Shown here one piece after another: positions 1 to 8,956 of a stretch of DNA of 64,000 bases. The DNA is from Candidatus Micrarchaeota archaeon (GTDB lineage: Archaea; Micrarchaeota; Micrarchaeia; Micrarchaeales; Micrarchaeaceae). A program made the translations under genes and the position numbers. Within the stretch, counting starts at the first letter, position 1; each line of letters starts with the position of its first letter. Below the pieces are notes generated by a model, which searched no databases, was not told where the DNA came from, and saw nothing but the letters and a program-made list of their open reading frames with translations. The DNA lies in the NCBI GenBank assembly GCA_021807115.1, contig JAKAPJ010000003.1, forward strand, positions 1,775-65,774, in the 5' to 3' direction.

Positions 1-333
1 AAGGGGTACGTATACATAGGGCAGCCGCCGCTGTACAAGGTGGCGCGGGGCCGGGACGTGAAGTACGCCTATACTGACCAGCAGCTGAACGAGCTCATGA
101 AGGAGTCGGGCGGCAAGGGAACCGTGCAGAGGTACAAGGGGCTCGGGGAGATGAACCCGGAGCAGCTTTGGGAGACCACGATGGACCCCAAGGTGCGCAT
201 GCTTAAGAGGATAACGATAGGCGACGCGGAACTGGCCAACACCATGTTCACCATACTCATGGGGCTGGATGTCGAGCAGAGGCGGCGCTTCCTGGAGGAG
301 CACTCCAGCGAGGTAAAGTTCCTTGACGTATGA
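1..333 (+). CDS. gyrB: DNA gyrase subunit B, C-terminal fragment (5' end lies outside the window)
   Basis: Frame 1 is open from nt 1 (KGYVYIGQPPLYKVARG...YKGLGEMNPEQLWETTMDP...RRRFLEEH). TGA at 331-333. Immediately followed by gyrA. Confidence 0.93.
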   Translation, partial: KGYVYIGQPPLYKVARGRDVKYAYTDQQLNELMKESGGKGTVQRYKGLGEMNPEQLWETTMDPKVRMLKRITIGDAELANTMFTILMGLDVEQRRRFLEEHSSEVKFLDV

Positions 334-337
334 GGTA

Positions 338-2746
338 ATGACAATGCCGGAGAACGAGGATGTCCTCATAGAGAACGAGATGCAGTCAAGCTACATAGAC
401 TACGCCATGAGCGTGATCGTGGGCAGGGCGCTGCCGGACGCCCGCGACGGGCTCAAGCCTGCGCACAGGAGGATACTCTACGCCATGTACAAGCTGGGCA
501 ACACGCATGACCAGCCCACCAAGAAGAGCGCAAGGATCATAGGGGAGACCATAGGAAAGTACCATCCGCACGGGGACATTGCGGCATACGAGACGCTGGT
601 GCGGCTGGCGCAGGAGTTCTCGCTGAACCACACGCTCGTGCAGGGGCAGGGGAACATGGGATCCATCGACGGGGATCCGCCTGCCGCACAGCGTTATACT
701 GAGGTAAGGCTTAATAGGATGGCGGAGGAAATGCTGGCGGACCTGGAGAAGAAGGCCGTGCCGTTCATGCCGAACTTCGACAACACCGAGGAGGAGCCGG
801 TAGTGCTGCCGGCGAAGGTGCCTAACCTGCTGATAAACGGGACGTCCGGGATTGCGGTAGGGGTGGCGACAAACATGCTGCCGCACAACCTGCGCGAGGT
901 CGCGCAGGCCATAATCGCATACGTGGACAACCGCGATATAACACCGCAGGAGCTGCTCAAGTACATAAACGGGCCAGACTTCCCCACTGGAGGTACGGTA
1001 TTCTACAACAGCGGGCTCGTGTCCTCGTACCTGACTGGCAGGGGATCGTGCATAATCAGGGGGCGCACCGAGATAGAGGAGAACAAGGGCAGGAAGGCCA
1101 TAGTGGTGAAGGAGATACCGTACGAGGTGAACAAGGCCTCCATGGTGCAGAAGATCGCGGACCTGGTGAGGGAGAAGAGGATACAGGGGATCAGCGACCT
1201 GAGGGACGAGAGCGGCAAGGAGGGGATCAGGGTGGTCATAGAGCTCAAGAAGGACGCGAGCCCGGACTCCGTGCTCAACTCGCTCTACAAGCACACGCAG
1301 CTGCAGGTGTCTGTGCCGGTGATCAACATAGCGGTGCTGCGCAACAGCCTCATAACGTTCAACATAAAGCAGCTCATCAAGGTATTCGTGGACCACCGTG
1401 TCGAGGTCATAAAGGCCCGCACCAAGTACGACCTGGAGGTGGCATCAGAGCGCCTGCACATAGTAGAGGGGCTGCTGGTGGCCATAAAGGACATCGACGG
1501 TGTAGTCGCCGCGATAAAGAAGAGCGCGGACATCAAGGAGGCGCGCGCGGTGCTCATGAAGGGGTACTCGCTATCCGAAAAGCAGGCAAACGCCATACTG
1601 GACATGAAGCTGAGCAAGCTGACGGCCCTTGAGAGCGGCTCGCTGGGCAGCGAAAAGACCACGCTCATATCTGACATAGCAGGGTACAATGCGATACTCG
1701 AGGAGGAGGGCAAGGTCTACGGCGTGATCAAGGACGAGACGAGGGAGCTAGCGGAGAAGTACGGCAGGGACCGCAGGACAGTAATAGAGCACAATGTGGA
1801 GATGGAGGAGATAGAGCAGGAGGACCTGATAGCCGACGAGGACACCACGATCATAATAACGAAGAACAACTACATGAAGAGGCTGCCCACCAAGGCTTAT
1901 AAGACCCAGGGGAGGGGGGGCAAGGGGGTAATAGCGATAGAGCTGAGGGAAGGGGACTTCGTGAAGCACGTTGTGTCGTGCATGTCCAAGGACTACCTGC
2001 TGCTGCTCACAAACACAGGCAGGGCCTACTGGCTCAAGGCGTACCGGGTACCAGAAGAGGGCCGCTACACGCTGGGCAAGGCGGCGGTCAACCTTGTCAG
2101 CCTCTCTGAGGGCGAGACCATAGAGAGGATAGTGAACACCAAGGAGTTCTCCGGCAGGTTCATAACATTCGTAACAAGGAGGGGCGTGATAAAGAGGGTC
2201 GCGGCGGACAAGTTCTCCAGGCCCAGGGCGTCGGGCATAATAGCGGTGCCGATGGCCGAGGGCGATGCGCTGGCGGACACGTGCATATCCGATGGGAAAT
2301 CCAACCTGTTCATAGCTACCAGGAGGGGCAAGGCGCTCAGGTTCGGCGAGGGGGACGTGAGGCCGATGGGCAGGAATGCGCACGGGGTCAGGGGCATAAG
2401 GTTGGCTGCGGACGACCAGGTGGTAAACGTCCTGTCTGCCAAGGACACGGATCTAATAGCAACTGTCACCGAGAACGGCTTCGGCAAGGCTACAGAGCTC
2501 AAGGACTACCGGCTCCAGAGGAGGGGGGGCAAGGGGGTCATAAACCTGAGGGTAAAGGAGAAGACCGGCAGGGTTGTGCGGTCGCTCAAGGTTGACCCTG
2601 CCGCGGAGATTCTGCTGATGAACTCAAGGGGGCTGTCCATAGACTTCCCGGTGTCCACAGTGCGGGTGACTGGCAGGAGCGCCTCGGGCGTTAGGCTTAT
2701 GCGCGTTGACAGGGGCGTAACCGTCGTGGACGCGCAGGTCGTCTGA
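338..2746 (+). CDS. gyrA: DNA gyrase subunit A
   Basis: YIDYAMSVIVGRALPDARDGLKPAHRRILYAM...GKYHPHGD motifs, with a C-terminal beta-pinwheel region. The track ORF starts at TTG 323; the first ATGs are at 338 and 344, so the start is uncertain by a few codons. Confidence 0.95.
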   Translation: MTMPENEDVLIENEMQSSYIDYAMSVIVGRALPDARDGLKPAHRRILYAMYKLGNTHDQPTKKSARIIGETIGKYHPHGDIAAYETLVRLAQEFSLNHTLVQGQGNMGSIDGDPPAAQRYTEVRLNRMAEEMLADLEKKAVPFMPNFDNTEEEPVVLPAKVPNLLINGTSGIAVGVATNMLPHNLREVAQAIIAYVDNRDITPQELLKYINGPDFPTGGTVFYNSGLVSSYLTGRGSCIIRGRTEIEENKGRKAIVVKEIPYEVNKASMVQKIADLVREKRIQGISDLRDESGKEGIRVVIELKKDASPDSVLNSLYKHTQLQVSVPVINIAVLRNSLITFNIKQLIKVFVDHRVEVIKARTKYDLEVASERLHIVEGLLVAIKDIDGVVAAIKKSADIKEARAVLMKGYSLSEKQANAILDMKLSKLTALESGSLGSEKTTLISDIAGYNAILEEEGKVYGVIKDETRELAEKYGRDRRTVIEHNVEMEEIEQEDLIADEDTTIIITKNNYMKRLPTKAYKTQGRGGKGVIAIELREGDFVKHVVSCMSKDYLLLLTNTGRAYWLKAYRVPEEGRYTLGKAAVNLVSLSEGETIERIVNTKEFSGRFITFVTRRGVIKRVAADKFSRPRASGIIAVPMAEGDALADTCISDGKSNLFIATRRGKALRFGEGDVRPMGRNAHGVRGIRLAADDQVVNVLSAKDTDLIATVTENGFGKATELKDYRLQRRGGKGVINLRVKEKTGRVVRSLKVDPAAEILLMNSRGLSIDFPVSTVRVTGRSASGVRLMRVDRGVTVVDAQVV

Positions 2747-2866
2747 GGGCGGGGAGGGGCAGGGAAAAGGTTATAAAGGTTATACAACTAATAGTAAATG
2801 CTGACTCAATCCTACGGCCACTTGCCGTCATTCGCATGCATTTGAGCAGGCAGCCTTAATTTCCGG

Positions 2867-2877
2867 CTTTAAGTTTT
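2867..2877 (+). promoter_or_regulatory. TATA-like box upstream of psmA
   Basis: ctttaagtttt lies about 20-29 nt upstream of the ATG at 2896, which fits a leaderless or short-leader archaeal promoter. A second ggttataaaggttata element lies at 2769-2786. Confidence 0.4.
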
Positions 2878-2895
2878 GCTTCGATTGGTGAAATC

Positions 2896-3591
2896 ATGTA
2901 TCCGAACATACAAGCGTATGATAGGGGCGTTATGTTCAGCCCTGACGGAAGGCTCTTCCAGGTAGACTACGCCAGGGAGGCAGTCAGGAAGGGCGCCACA
3001 TCAATAGGCCTGGTCACCGCTGATGCAGTTGTGCTTATCGCCCACAAAAACGTCATAGAGCCGCTGGCCATACCCAGCACCGTGCAGAAGATATTCAAGA
3101 TCGACGCCAAGATAGGCACTACGTACAGCGGGCTCGTGTCCGACGGCCTGCACCTGGTCAACATAATGAGGCAGAGGACGCAGTCGCACAGGCTCGTATA
3201 CAACGAGACAGAGTCGGTGGAGACGATAGCCAGGGAGCTCTCCGACGAGATGCAGATAGCCACGCAGTACGGGGGCGTTAGGCCGTATGCGGTCTCGCTG
3301 CTCATAGGCGGCTTCGACAAGGTGCCGCGCCTGTTCGAGATAGATGCGGGCGCCTCGTTCCTGGGCTACAAGGCTGACGCGATAGGCGCAGGGAGGCAGG
3401 CAGCGCAGGCGATACTGGCCAAGGAGTACAAGGACGACATGAAGCTCGACGACGCGGTACACCTCGGCCTTGGGGTCCTCAAGAAGGTCACCGAGCAGAA
3501 GCTCACGGAGGAGAGCCTTGACATGGCGATAATATCCAAGAAGGACGGCTTCATGCTGCTCAAGTCGCCCGACATAGCCAAGTTCCTCTGA
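2896..3591 (+). CDS. psmA: Proteasome subunit alpha
   Basis: N-terminus YDRGVMFSPDGRLFQVDYAREAVRKGATSIGL is the 20S alpha-subunit signature. First gene of the exosome/proteasome superoperon. Confidence 0.95.
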   Translation: MYPNIQAYDRGVMFSPDGRLFQVDYAREAVRKGATSIGLVTADAVVLIAHKNVIEPLAIPSTVQKIFKIDAKIGTTYSGLVSDGLHLVNIMRQRTQSHRLVYNETESVETIARELSDEMQIATQYGGVRPYAVSLLIGGFDKVPRLFEIDAGASFLGYKADAIGAGRQAAQAILAKEYKDDMKLDDAVHLGLGVLKKVTEQKLTEESLDMAIISKKDGFMLLKSPDIAKFL

Positions 3592-3618
3592 TAGCGCCCA
3601 TGAATGCAGTGTGTTCAA

Positions 3619-4299
3619 ATGTCAAAAACGGTAACGGTAAGATACAGCAGCGGTGGGGACTCTTTTGAGATACTCGTTGACGCGGACATGGCGTACGAGT
3701 ACATAACCGGCAAGCGCACAGACCCGCTGAGCGTCCTGGAGGTCGAGGAGGTGTTCAAGGACGCCAGGAAGGCGGAACGGCAGAGCGAGGAGAAGATAAA
3801 GAAGGTCTTCGGCACGACGGACATTGCCAAGGTCGCTGACGCCATACTGAAGAAGGGCGACGTGCCCATAACCACGGAGCAGAGGGCCAAGCTGGCGGAG
3901 GAGAAGAAGAAGCAGGTAATAGATATAATCGCAAGGAACTCCATAGACCCGCGCACAAACGCCCCCAACCCGCCGCTCAGGATAGAGAACGCGATGAAGG
4001 AAGCGAGGGTGTCAATAGACCCGTTCAAGAACGTGAGCGAGCAGGTGGAGGCGGTGGTGGACAAGCTGCGGCCCATACTGCCGTTGAAGTTCACCACGGT
4101 TAAGATGGAGGTCATACTGCCGGCGGAGTCGGCGAACCGCTGCTTCAGCATACTCAAGCAGTACGGGATGAAGTCGGAGGAATGGCAGGCGAACGGTGGC
4201 CTGAAGGCCACGGTCGAGTTCCCCGCCGGGCTGCAGGGGGAGTTCTTCGACAGGATAAACAAGGCCACGCAGGGCAAGGCCATTACAAAGATGCTTTGA
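3619..4299 (+). CDS. sdo1: SBDS/Sdo1-family ribosome maturation protein
   Basis: VRYSSGGDSFEILVD...YITGK is a typical SBDS N-terminal domain. Conserved position between psmA and rrp4. ATG at 3619 is preferred over the track start at 3604. Confidence 0.85.
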   Translation: MSKTVTVRYSSGGDSFEILVDADMAYEYITGKRTDPLSVLEVEEVFKDARKAERQSEEKIKKVFGTTDIAKVADAILKKGDVPITTEQRAKLAEEKKKQVIDIIARNSIDPRTNAPNPPLRIENAMKEARVSIDPFKNVSEQVEAVVDKLRPILPLKFTTVKMEVILPAESANRCFSILKQYGMKSEEWQANGGLKATVEFPAGLQGEFFDRINKATQGKAITKML

Positions 4300-4325
4300 C
4301 GCTTTCAGAGAAACCAGTGATATAA

Positions 4326-4982
4326 GTGAGGGACATACTGATTCCGGGGGACATGGTGGCAAGCGAGCCGCTCAGGATGGAAAACACGTACGTGGAGAAC
4401 GGCAAGACCTTCGCAAAGGTGCTCGGCATGTACGAGAGGGAGAAGAAGACGCTTGTGCCGCTAGAGGGGGTCTGGATACCGAAGATTGGAGACATAGTCG
4501 TTGGGATAATAACAGGGACCAAGAACACAGTCTACGAGGTGGACCTTAACTTCTTCGGCAGGAGCATATTGATAGGCAGCAAGTACGAGAGGCAGAGCTA
4601 CAAGAACGGCGACGTGGTGGAGGCCATAGTGAAGGACGTAGAGGACCGCAAGACGGTGATACTTTCCGGGCCGAAAATCCTGTACGGGGGCACGGTACTG
4701 AACATAAAGCCGATAAAGGTGCCGCGCGTAATAGGTAAGAACAACACCATGATAGGGCAGATAGCAGACCTGACCGGCTGCAACATGATAGTGGGGAAGA
4801 ACGGCACAGTATGGCTCAAGGGGGAGGGCGTGGGTGTCGCAACTGAGGCCATAAGGCAGATAGAGGCCGAGGCGCACATTTCAGGCCTGACAGAGAGGAT
4901 AAAGAGGATGCTTGAGGAAAAGTGCGGGCCCCGGCGCCCGCGCACGCAGGAAACTGAGGGAGCCGAGGAAAAATTTGAGTGA
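4326..4982 (+). CDS. rrp4: Exosome complex RNA-binding protein Rrp4 (S1 + KH domains)
   Basis: Position in the superoperon, and an S1-like segment GDIVVGIITGTKNTVYEVDL followed by a KH-like segment. GTG start. 4-nt overlap with rrp41. Confidence 0.85.
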   Translation: MRDILIPGDMVASEPLRMENTYVENGKTFAKVLGMYEREKKTLVPLEGVWIPKIGDIVVGIITGTKNTVYEVDLNFFGRSILIGSKYERQSYKNGDVVEAIVKDVEDRKTVILSGPKILYGGTVLNIKPIKVPRVIGKNNTMIGQIADLTGCNMIVGKNGTVWLKGEGVGVATEAIRQIEAEAHISGLTERIKRMLEEKCGPRRPRTQETEGAEEKFE

Positions 4983-5737
4983 TTGGAATGGCGAACAAGG
5001 CTAACAAACCGCAATTGCTGGTGAATGGGAAGAGGCTTGATGGGAGGGCGTTCAACGAGCTGCGGCCGCTGAAGATAGAGGCTGCGGTGCTGAAGAACGC
5101 GGACGGCTCGGCATACCTGGAGTGGGGGAACAACAAGATACTTGCTGCAGTGTATGGGCCCATAGAGGCGATGCCAAAGCACGTCGCGGACCCGGCCAAG
5201 GCGATAATAAAGTGCAGGTACTCCATGGCCCCGTTCTCCTCCGTAGGGGAGCACAGCAGGTCAGGCCCTAACCGCAGGGCGATAGAGATATCCAAGGTCA
5301 CCAAGGAGGCGTTCGAGAATGTTGTTATGCTGAACGACTTCCCGGGCAGCGAGATAGACATATTCATAGAGGTGCTGCAGAGCGACGGCGGCACGAGGGC
5401 CGCGGGGATAACGGCCGCGGCTGTTGCGCTTGCAAACGCCGGCATACACATGAAGGACCTGATATACGCGGTCTCTGCCGGAAAGATAGACGGCAACATA
5501 GTCCTGGACTTCAACATGATAGAGGACAACTATTCCGACAGCGACATGCCTATGGCGATATCGCCTCGCAACAACGACGTGCTGCTGCTGCAGATGGATG
5601 GGCACTTCACAAGGGAGGAGCTCAAGAAGGCGATGGGCATGGTGATAGAGGCAGGCAAGACCATAACCAAGCTGCAGAAGGACGCGCTGAACGAAGTGTA
5701 CAAGAAGGCCGAGGTGAAATACGAGGAGGGTGCTTGA
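4979..5737 (+). CDS. rrp41: Exosome complex exonuclease Rrp41 (RNase PH fold)
   Basis: RLDGRAFNELRPLKIEAAVLKNADGSAYLEWGNNKILAAVYGP... is an RNase PH domain. Overlaps its neighbours on both sides. Confidence 0.92.
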   Translation: MIGMANKANKPQLLVNGKRLDGRAFNELRPLKIEAAVLKNADGSAYLEWGNNKILAAVYGPIEAMPKHVADPAKAIIKCRYSMAPFSSVGEHSRSGPNRRAIEISKVTKEAFENVVMLNDFPGSEIDIFIEVLQSDGGTRAAGITAAAVALANAGIHMKDLIYAVSAGKIDGNIVLDFNMIEDNYSDSDMPMAISPRNNDVLLLQMDGHFTREELKKAMGMVIEAGKTITKLQKDALNEVYKKAEVKYEEGA

Positions 5738-6533
5738 AATGGGAGCTATGGATCTTGTGAAAAATCACTACATAAAGGAGATATTGGCAAGGGGGGTGAG
5801 GGAGGACGGCAGGGGCATGTTCGACTTCAGGAACATGAAGATAGTGCCGGGGGTCATAGACCATGCAGAGGGCTCAGCGCAAGTGGACCTGGGTAACACC
5901 AGGGTGCTCGCGGGGGTGAAGATGCAGGTTGACGAGCCAATGCCCGACACGCCCAACCAGGGCAACCAGATAATGTCGGCTGAGCTGCTGCCCCTTGCGC
6001 ATGCGGAATACGAGACAGGGCCGCCCAGCCCGGAGGCCATAGAGCTGGCCAGGGTGGTTGACAGGGGGATAAGGGCCGCAAACTGCATAGACCTGGAGGG
6101 GCTGTTCCTCGAGGAGGGCAAGGTGTGGAGCGTGTTCGCGGACATATACGTGCTTAATTACGATGGCAACCTCTTCGACGCAAGCACGCTTGCGGTCATG
6201 GCGGCGCTGATGAACGCCAGGGTACCGGACTACAAGGACGGGAAGGCCGACTACACGAACAAGGCAACGCCGCTGAAGATAAACAGCGTTGTGGCATCTA
6301 CAACATTCTGCAAGCTTGACCGCTCGCTGCTGCTGGACCCTGACATGCACGAGGAGGGAGCAGCTGACTGCAGGATCACCATAACCACGGACGGGGAGGG
6401 AGTGCGCGCCATGCAGAAGGGCATGAGCGGGTCGCTGTCGACCTCTGAGATAGAGAAACTCGTGGACCTGTCGTTTGACAAGTACAGGGAGGTAAAGAAG
6501 AAGCTGGAGGAATCCAGCAGGCGCAGGGATTGA
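5730..6533 (+). CDS. rrp42: Exosome complex subunit Rrp42 (RNase PH-like, inactive)
   Basis: REDGRGMFDFRNMKIVPGVIDHAEGSAQVDLGNTRVLAGVK... is RNase PH-like. Follows rrp41 with an 8-nt overlap. Exact start uncertain. Confidence 0.9.
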   Translation: MLEMGAMDLVKNHYIKEILARGVREDGRGMFDFRNMKIVPGVIDHAEGSAQVDLGNTRVLAGVKMQVDEPMPDTPNQGNQIMSAELLPLAHAEYETGPPSPEAIELARVVDRGIRAANCIDLEGLFLEEGKVWSVFADIYVLNYDGNLFDASTLAVMAALMNARVPDYKDGKADYTNKATPLKINSVVASTTFCKLDRSLLLDPDMHEEGAADCRITITTDGEGVRAMQKGMSGSLSTSEIEKLVDLSFDKYREVKKKLEESSRRRD

Positions 6534-6537
6534 TACA

Positions 6538-6783
6538 ATGGCGAACTCTAGCATAAGGTACGGTGCGAGCCTGCGGAAGCGGGCCGCGGCGGTGAAGCAG
6601 AAGAAGCAGGCAAAGTACAAGTGCGAGGCGTGCGGCAGGGCGGCAGTAAAGAGGATAAGCACAAGCATATGGCAGTGCAGGCACTGCAACGCCACATACG
6701 CGGGCGGGGCGTACACCATGACCACCCCCGAGGGCGACGTCGCCAGGAGGCTGATAGCGGGCATAACGAAAAAACAGGCGTGA
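6538..6783 (+). CDS. rpl37ae: Ribosomal protein eL43 (L37Ae), zinc-ribbon
   Basis: RYGASLRKR...KYKCEACGRAAVKRISTSIWQCRHCNATYAGGAY carries the CxxC...CxxC ribbon of L37Ae. Confidence 0.93.
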   Translation: MANSSIRYGASLRKRAAAVKQKKQAKYKCEACGRAAVKRISTSIWQCRHCNATYAGGAYTMTTPEGDVARRLIAGITKKQA

Positions 6784-6787
6784 GCGC

Positions 6788-7159
6788 ATGGCAAAGGTCA
6801 CATACTCGCCCCTCAAGGAGATAGTCGTGCACGAGTACGTGATGGTGGACACGGAGGACCTGCTCAGGGAGAGGGTCACACCGGCCGGCAACATGCCGCT
6901 CTACTGGTGCGACGGGGTGCTTTTCAGCTTCAGCTCGATGCCGTGGACCAAGGACATCGTCAGGGACTACCTTGACGGCAGGATACACTGGGCGGAGGTG
7001 CACTACGCCAAGATGGACAGGTATGTCCCGGTGATGGACCTGCATGACGAGAACTACAGCGCGGGACTGAAGATACGCGTCATAGACACTTCCAGGTCGG
7101 CGCTGCACTGCGACTTCGCCAAGTGGCTCAAGAAGGCCTGGCTCGTGAAGACTGCATGA
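6788..7159 (+). CDS. Hypothetical protein (123 aa) inserted between rpl37ae and rpoP
   Basis: Clean ORF 4 nt after rpl37ae with protein-like composition. I recognise no motif. Confidence 0.6.
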   Translation: MAKVTYSPLKEIVVHEYVMVDTEDLLRERVTPAGNMPLYWCDGVLFSFSSMPWTKDIVRDYLDGRIHWAEVHYAKMDRYVPVMDLHDENYSAGLKIRVIDTSRSALHCDFAKWLKKAWLVKTA

Positions 7160-7169
7160 TTATAAATAT
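7160..7169 (+). promoter_or_regulatory. TATA box upstream of rpoP
   Basis: ttataaatat lies about 29 nt upstream of the ATG at 7198. Confidence 0.45.
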
Positions 7170-7197
7170 CTGAAGGGATATAAGACAAGGGATTGAG

Positions 7198-7329
7198 ATG
7201 GCTTACATATGCCCCAAATGCGGCAAGAAGATAAAGCAGTTTGACAACTACGCCAGATGCACATACTGCGGCAACAGGATACTGATAAAAGAGCGCCCTA
7301 ACCTCGCAAAGGACGTGCCTACGGATTAG
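7198..7329 (+). CDS. rpoP: DNA-directed RNA polymerase subunit P (Rpo12/RpoP), 43 aa; absent from the ORF track
   Basis: My own translation is MAYICPKCGKKIKQFDNYARCTYCGNRILIKERPNLAKDVPTD, with TAG at 7327-7329. CxxC...CxxC zinc ribbon, in the canonical position after rpl37ae. Confidence 0.85.
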   Translation: MAYICPKCGKKIKQFDNYARCTYCGNRILIKERPNLAKDVPTD

Positions 7330-7341
7330 TATCCCTATTTT

Positions 7342-7674
7342 TCATGCAGGAAGGAACCTTACCTGCAGCAAGTAGAGTGCGACAGTTATGATGGCCCACA
7401 GCGCAAGGAAGACAAGAAACTGCACTGCGTTGATCCCATACCCCTGGATGGAAAGCCCAAGCACTATGATCGCTATAACAACCATTGCCAGCAGGTACGG
7501 GGCAAGGGACAGCGGATCCTGGAAGGTGGGCCCGGAAAGTGAGACCGCAAGCACGTGGTGCAGGAATATGTATGTGACGATGCCCTCGATTATGCCCAGC
7601 ACTATGGCCGCCAGCAGGTATTTGTAGAGCAGGTGCCCGCGCGAGGCATCATCCGTCTCCTTTTTAACCGGCAT
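7342..7674 (-). CDS. Small integral membrane protein (about 3 TM)
   Basis: 110 aa with three hydrophobic stretches. Last gene of the minus-strand histone operon. Confidence 0.6.
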   Translation of the reverse strand: MPVKKETDDASRGHLLYKYLLAAIVLGIIEGIVTYIFLHHVLAVSLSGPTFQDPLSLAPYLLAMVVIAIIVLGLSIQGYGINAVQFLVFLALWAIITVALYLLQVRFLPA

Positions 7675-7688
7675 GCTGCCACTCGGAG

Positions 7689-7934
7689 CTACTTGGCCGC
7701 GGCGCCTACTATTATGGACTCGGAGACGCTCTTGACCCTCTCGTACTTCACGCTGTTCTTCTGCAGCAGGCTTGCGGTGTTCTGCGCGCGCACCAGGTTC
7801 TCCATCTTGGTGAGCAGCAGGCTGGACACCACGCCCTTCTCGAAGTCCAGTATTATGTCCTCCACCAGGCCGACCCTCTGCCCGGAATTCGTTATTATCT
7901 CCTTGCCGTACAGCTCAGAAAGCAGCATGGTCAT
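7689..7934 (-). CDS. PRC-barrel domain protein (81 aa)
   Basis: SELYGKEIITNSGQRVGLVEDIILDFEKGVVSSLLL is a typical small archaeal PRC-barrel sequence. Confidence 0.7.
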   Translation of the reverse strand: MTMLLSELYGKEIITNSGQRVGLVEDIILDFEKGVVSSLLLTKMENLVRAQNTASLLQKNSVKYERVKSVSESIIVGAAAK

Positions 7935-7946
7935 TGAATCGCCTTT

Positions 7947-8516
7947 TTATTTTATACGCATTATCCTTTTGGACGCATAAATTCTTATTATGTACTCCTT
8001 CAGTTCCGCAAGAAACGCAGCCTTGTCGGCATCGAGCTGTGTCTGCTCCTGGGCGGAGAATAGGTCCCTGTTGTTCGTGACCAGGTATTCCAGGTACGGG
8101 TCGGTGAGGTGGTAGCACTTGCCGGAGCACGAGCCGCAGACGTAGACCGGCATTATCGGGAGGTTTGCCCCGTCGTCGCCCCGAAACCTCGACAGGGGCC
8201 CCGCGCCGCAGGAGGGGCAGCTCTTCTTGAGCCGGATGTCGGAGTATTCCCCGGTGAGCACGCGGTCCAGCTTGGCCTGGCTTATCAGGCGGCCCATGTG
8301 GCAGTCTATCTCCCCTGCACAGTCCGTGCCTCCTTTCAGCATTGACATGCGCAGCACCGCGCCTTCGGAGTCGAATATGGTCTCGGCTATGGCACCCCCT
8401 GACAGCGGCTCCCACAGCGCTACCCTGCGCTCGCCGCCATGCTGGTACTGCAGCATAACCTTGCCGTCCCTGCTGCGCGACAGCGCACCCTCTGATCTCA
8501 CACCCACCCTAGTCAC
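7947..8516 (-). CDS. Hypothetical zinc-ribbon protein (189 aa)
   Basis: CPSCG...VCGSCSGKC Cys pairs. The start overlaps the histone stop by 8 nt, which suggests translational coupling. Confidence 0.6.
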   Translation of the reverse strand: MTRVGVRSEGALSRSRDGKVMLQYQHGGERRVALWEPLSGGAIAETIFDSEGAVLRMSMLKGGTDCAGEIDCHMGRLISQAKLDRVLTGEYSDIRLKKSCPSCGAGPLSRFRGDDGANLPIMPVYVCGSCSGKCYHLTDPYLEYLVTNNRDLFSAQEQTQLDADKAAFLAELKEYIIRIYASKRIMRIK

Positions 8517-8718
8517 CGAACTTTATCCTGTATGTGTCTATATCCTCTTCCATTACGGTCTGCCTTCCATGCTTTCTCGCGCGCTGGACGGCGTACTTTG
8601 CTATGTCCTTCGCCTTCTTCTCGAGGATCTTGGCAAGCGCGCCGGCTGCGGAGTCGCTTATCCGGACATCGGACTGCTGCCGGACAATCTCCTTTATCAC
8701 CGCATTTGATATCTTCAT
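8509..8718 (-). CDS. Archaeal histone (HMf-type histone fold, 69 aa)
   Basis: AVIKEIVRQQSDVRISDSAAGALAKILEKKAKDIAKYAVQRARKHGRQTVMEEDI is a single histone-fold doublet pattern. Confidence 0.88.
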   Translation of the reverse strand: MKISNAVIKEIVRQQSDVRISDSAAGALAKILEKKAKDIAKYAVQRARKHGRQTVMEEDIDTYRIKFGD

Positions 8719-8956
8719 GGAATGACCTCAGCACTCAAGATCGTCTTCACGGCGCTAGGCTCAGCGTAGTGCATTATCATCATATGGCGTATCTATCTCC
8801 CGCCAAACCAATAAAAATGTTGCTATGACGTCGCGGATAGCGGACGCCCCTCCCCTCCCGAAACCCCCGAGACGGGGCACCCATCCGGTATGCATATGTG
8901 CAACGTATTTATTATTTGTCATTTATACTTACACAAAGATAAACAAAAGTGATTTC

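Noticed and set aside
386-1396. A 336-aa ORF antisense to gyrA, and many similar long antisense or off-frame ORFs in the track (for example 1748-2383, 3001-3618, 5874-6794, 20041-20577, 37292-38074, 40213-41007, 44413-45249, 45657-46439, 60301-61182).
   Set aside because: Their products are Arg/His/Pro/Val/Leu-rich with no motifs. They lie opposite ORFs carrying unmistakable family signatures. Long stop-free antisense frames are expected in GC-rich coding DNA.
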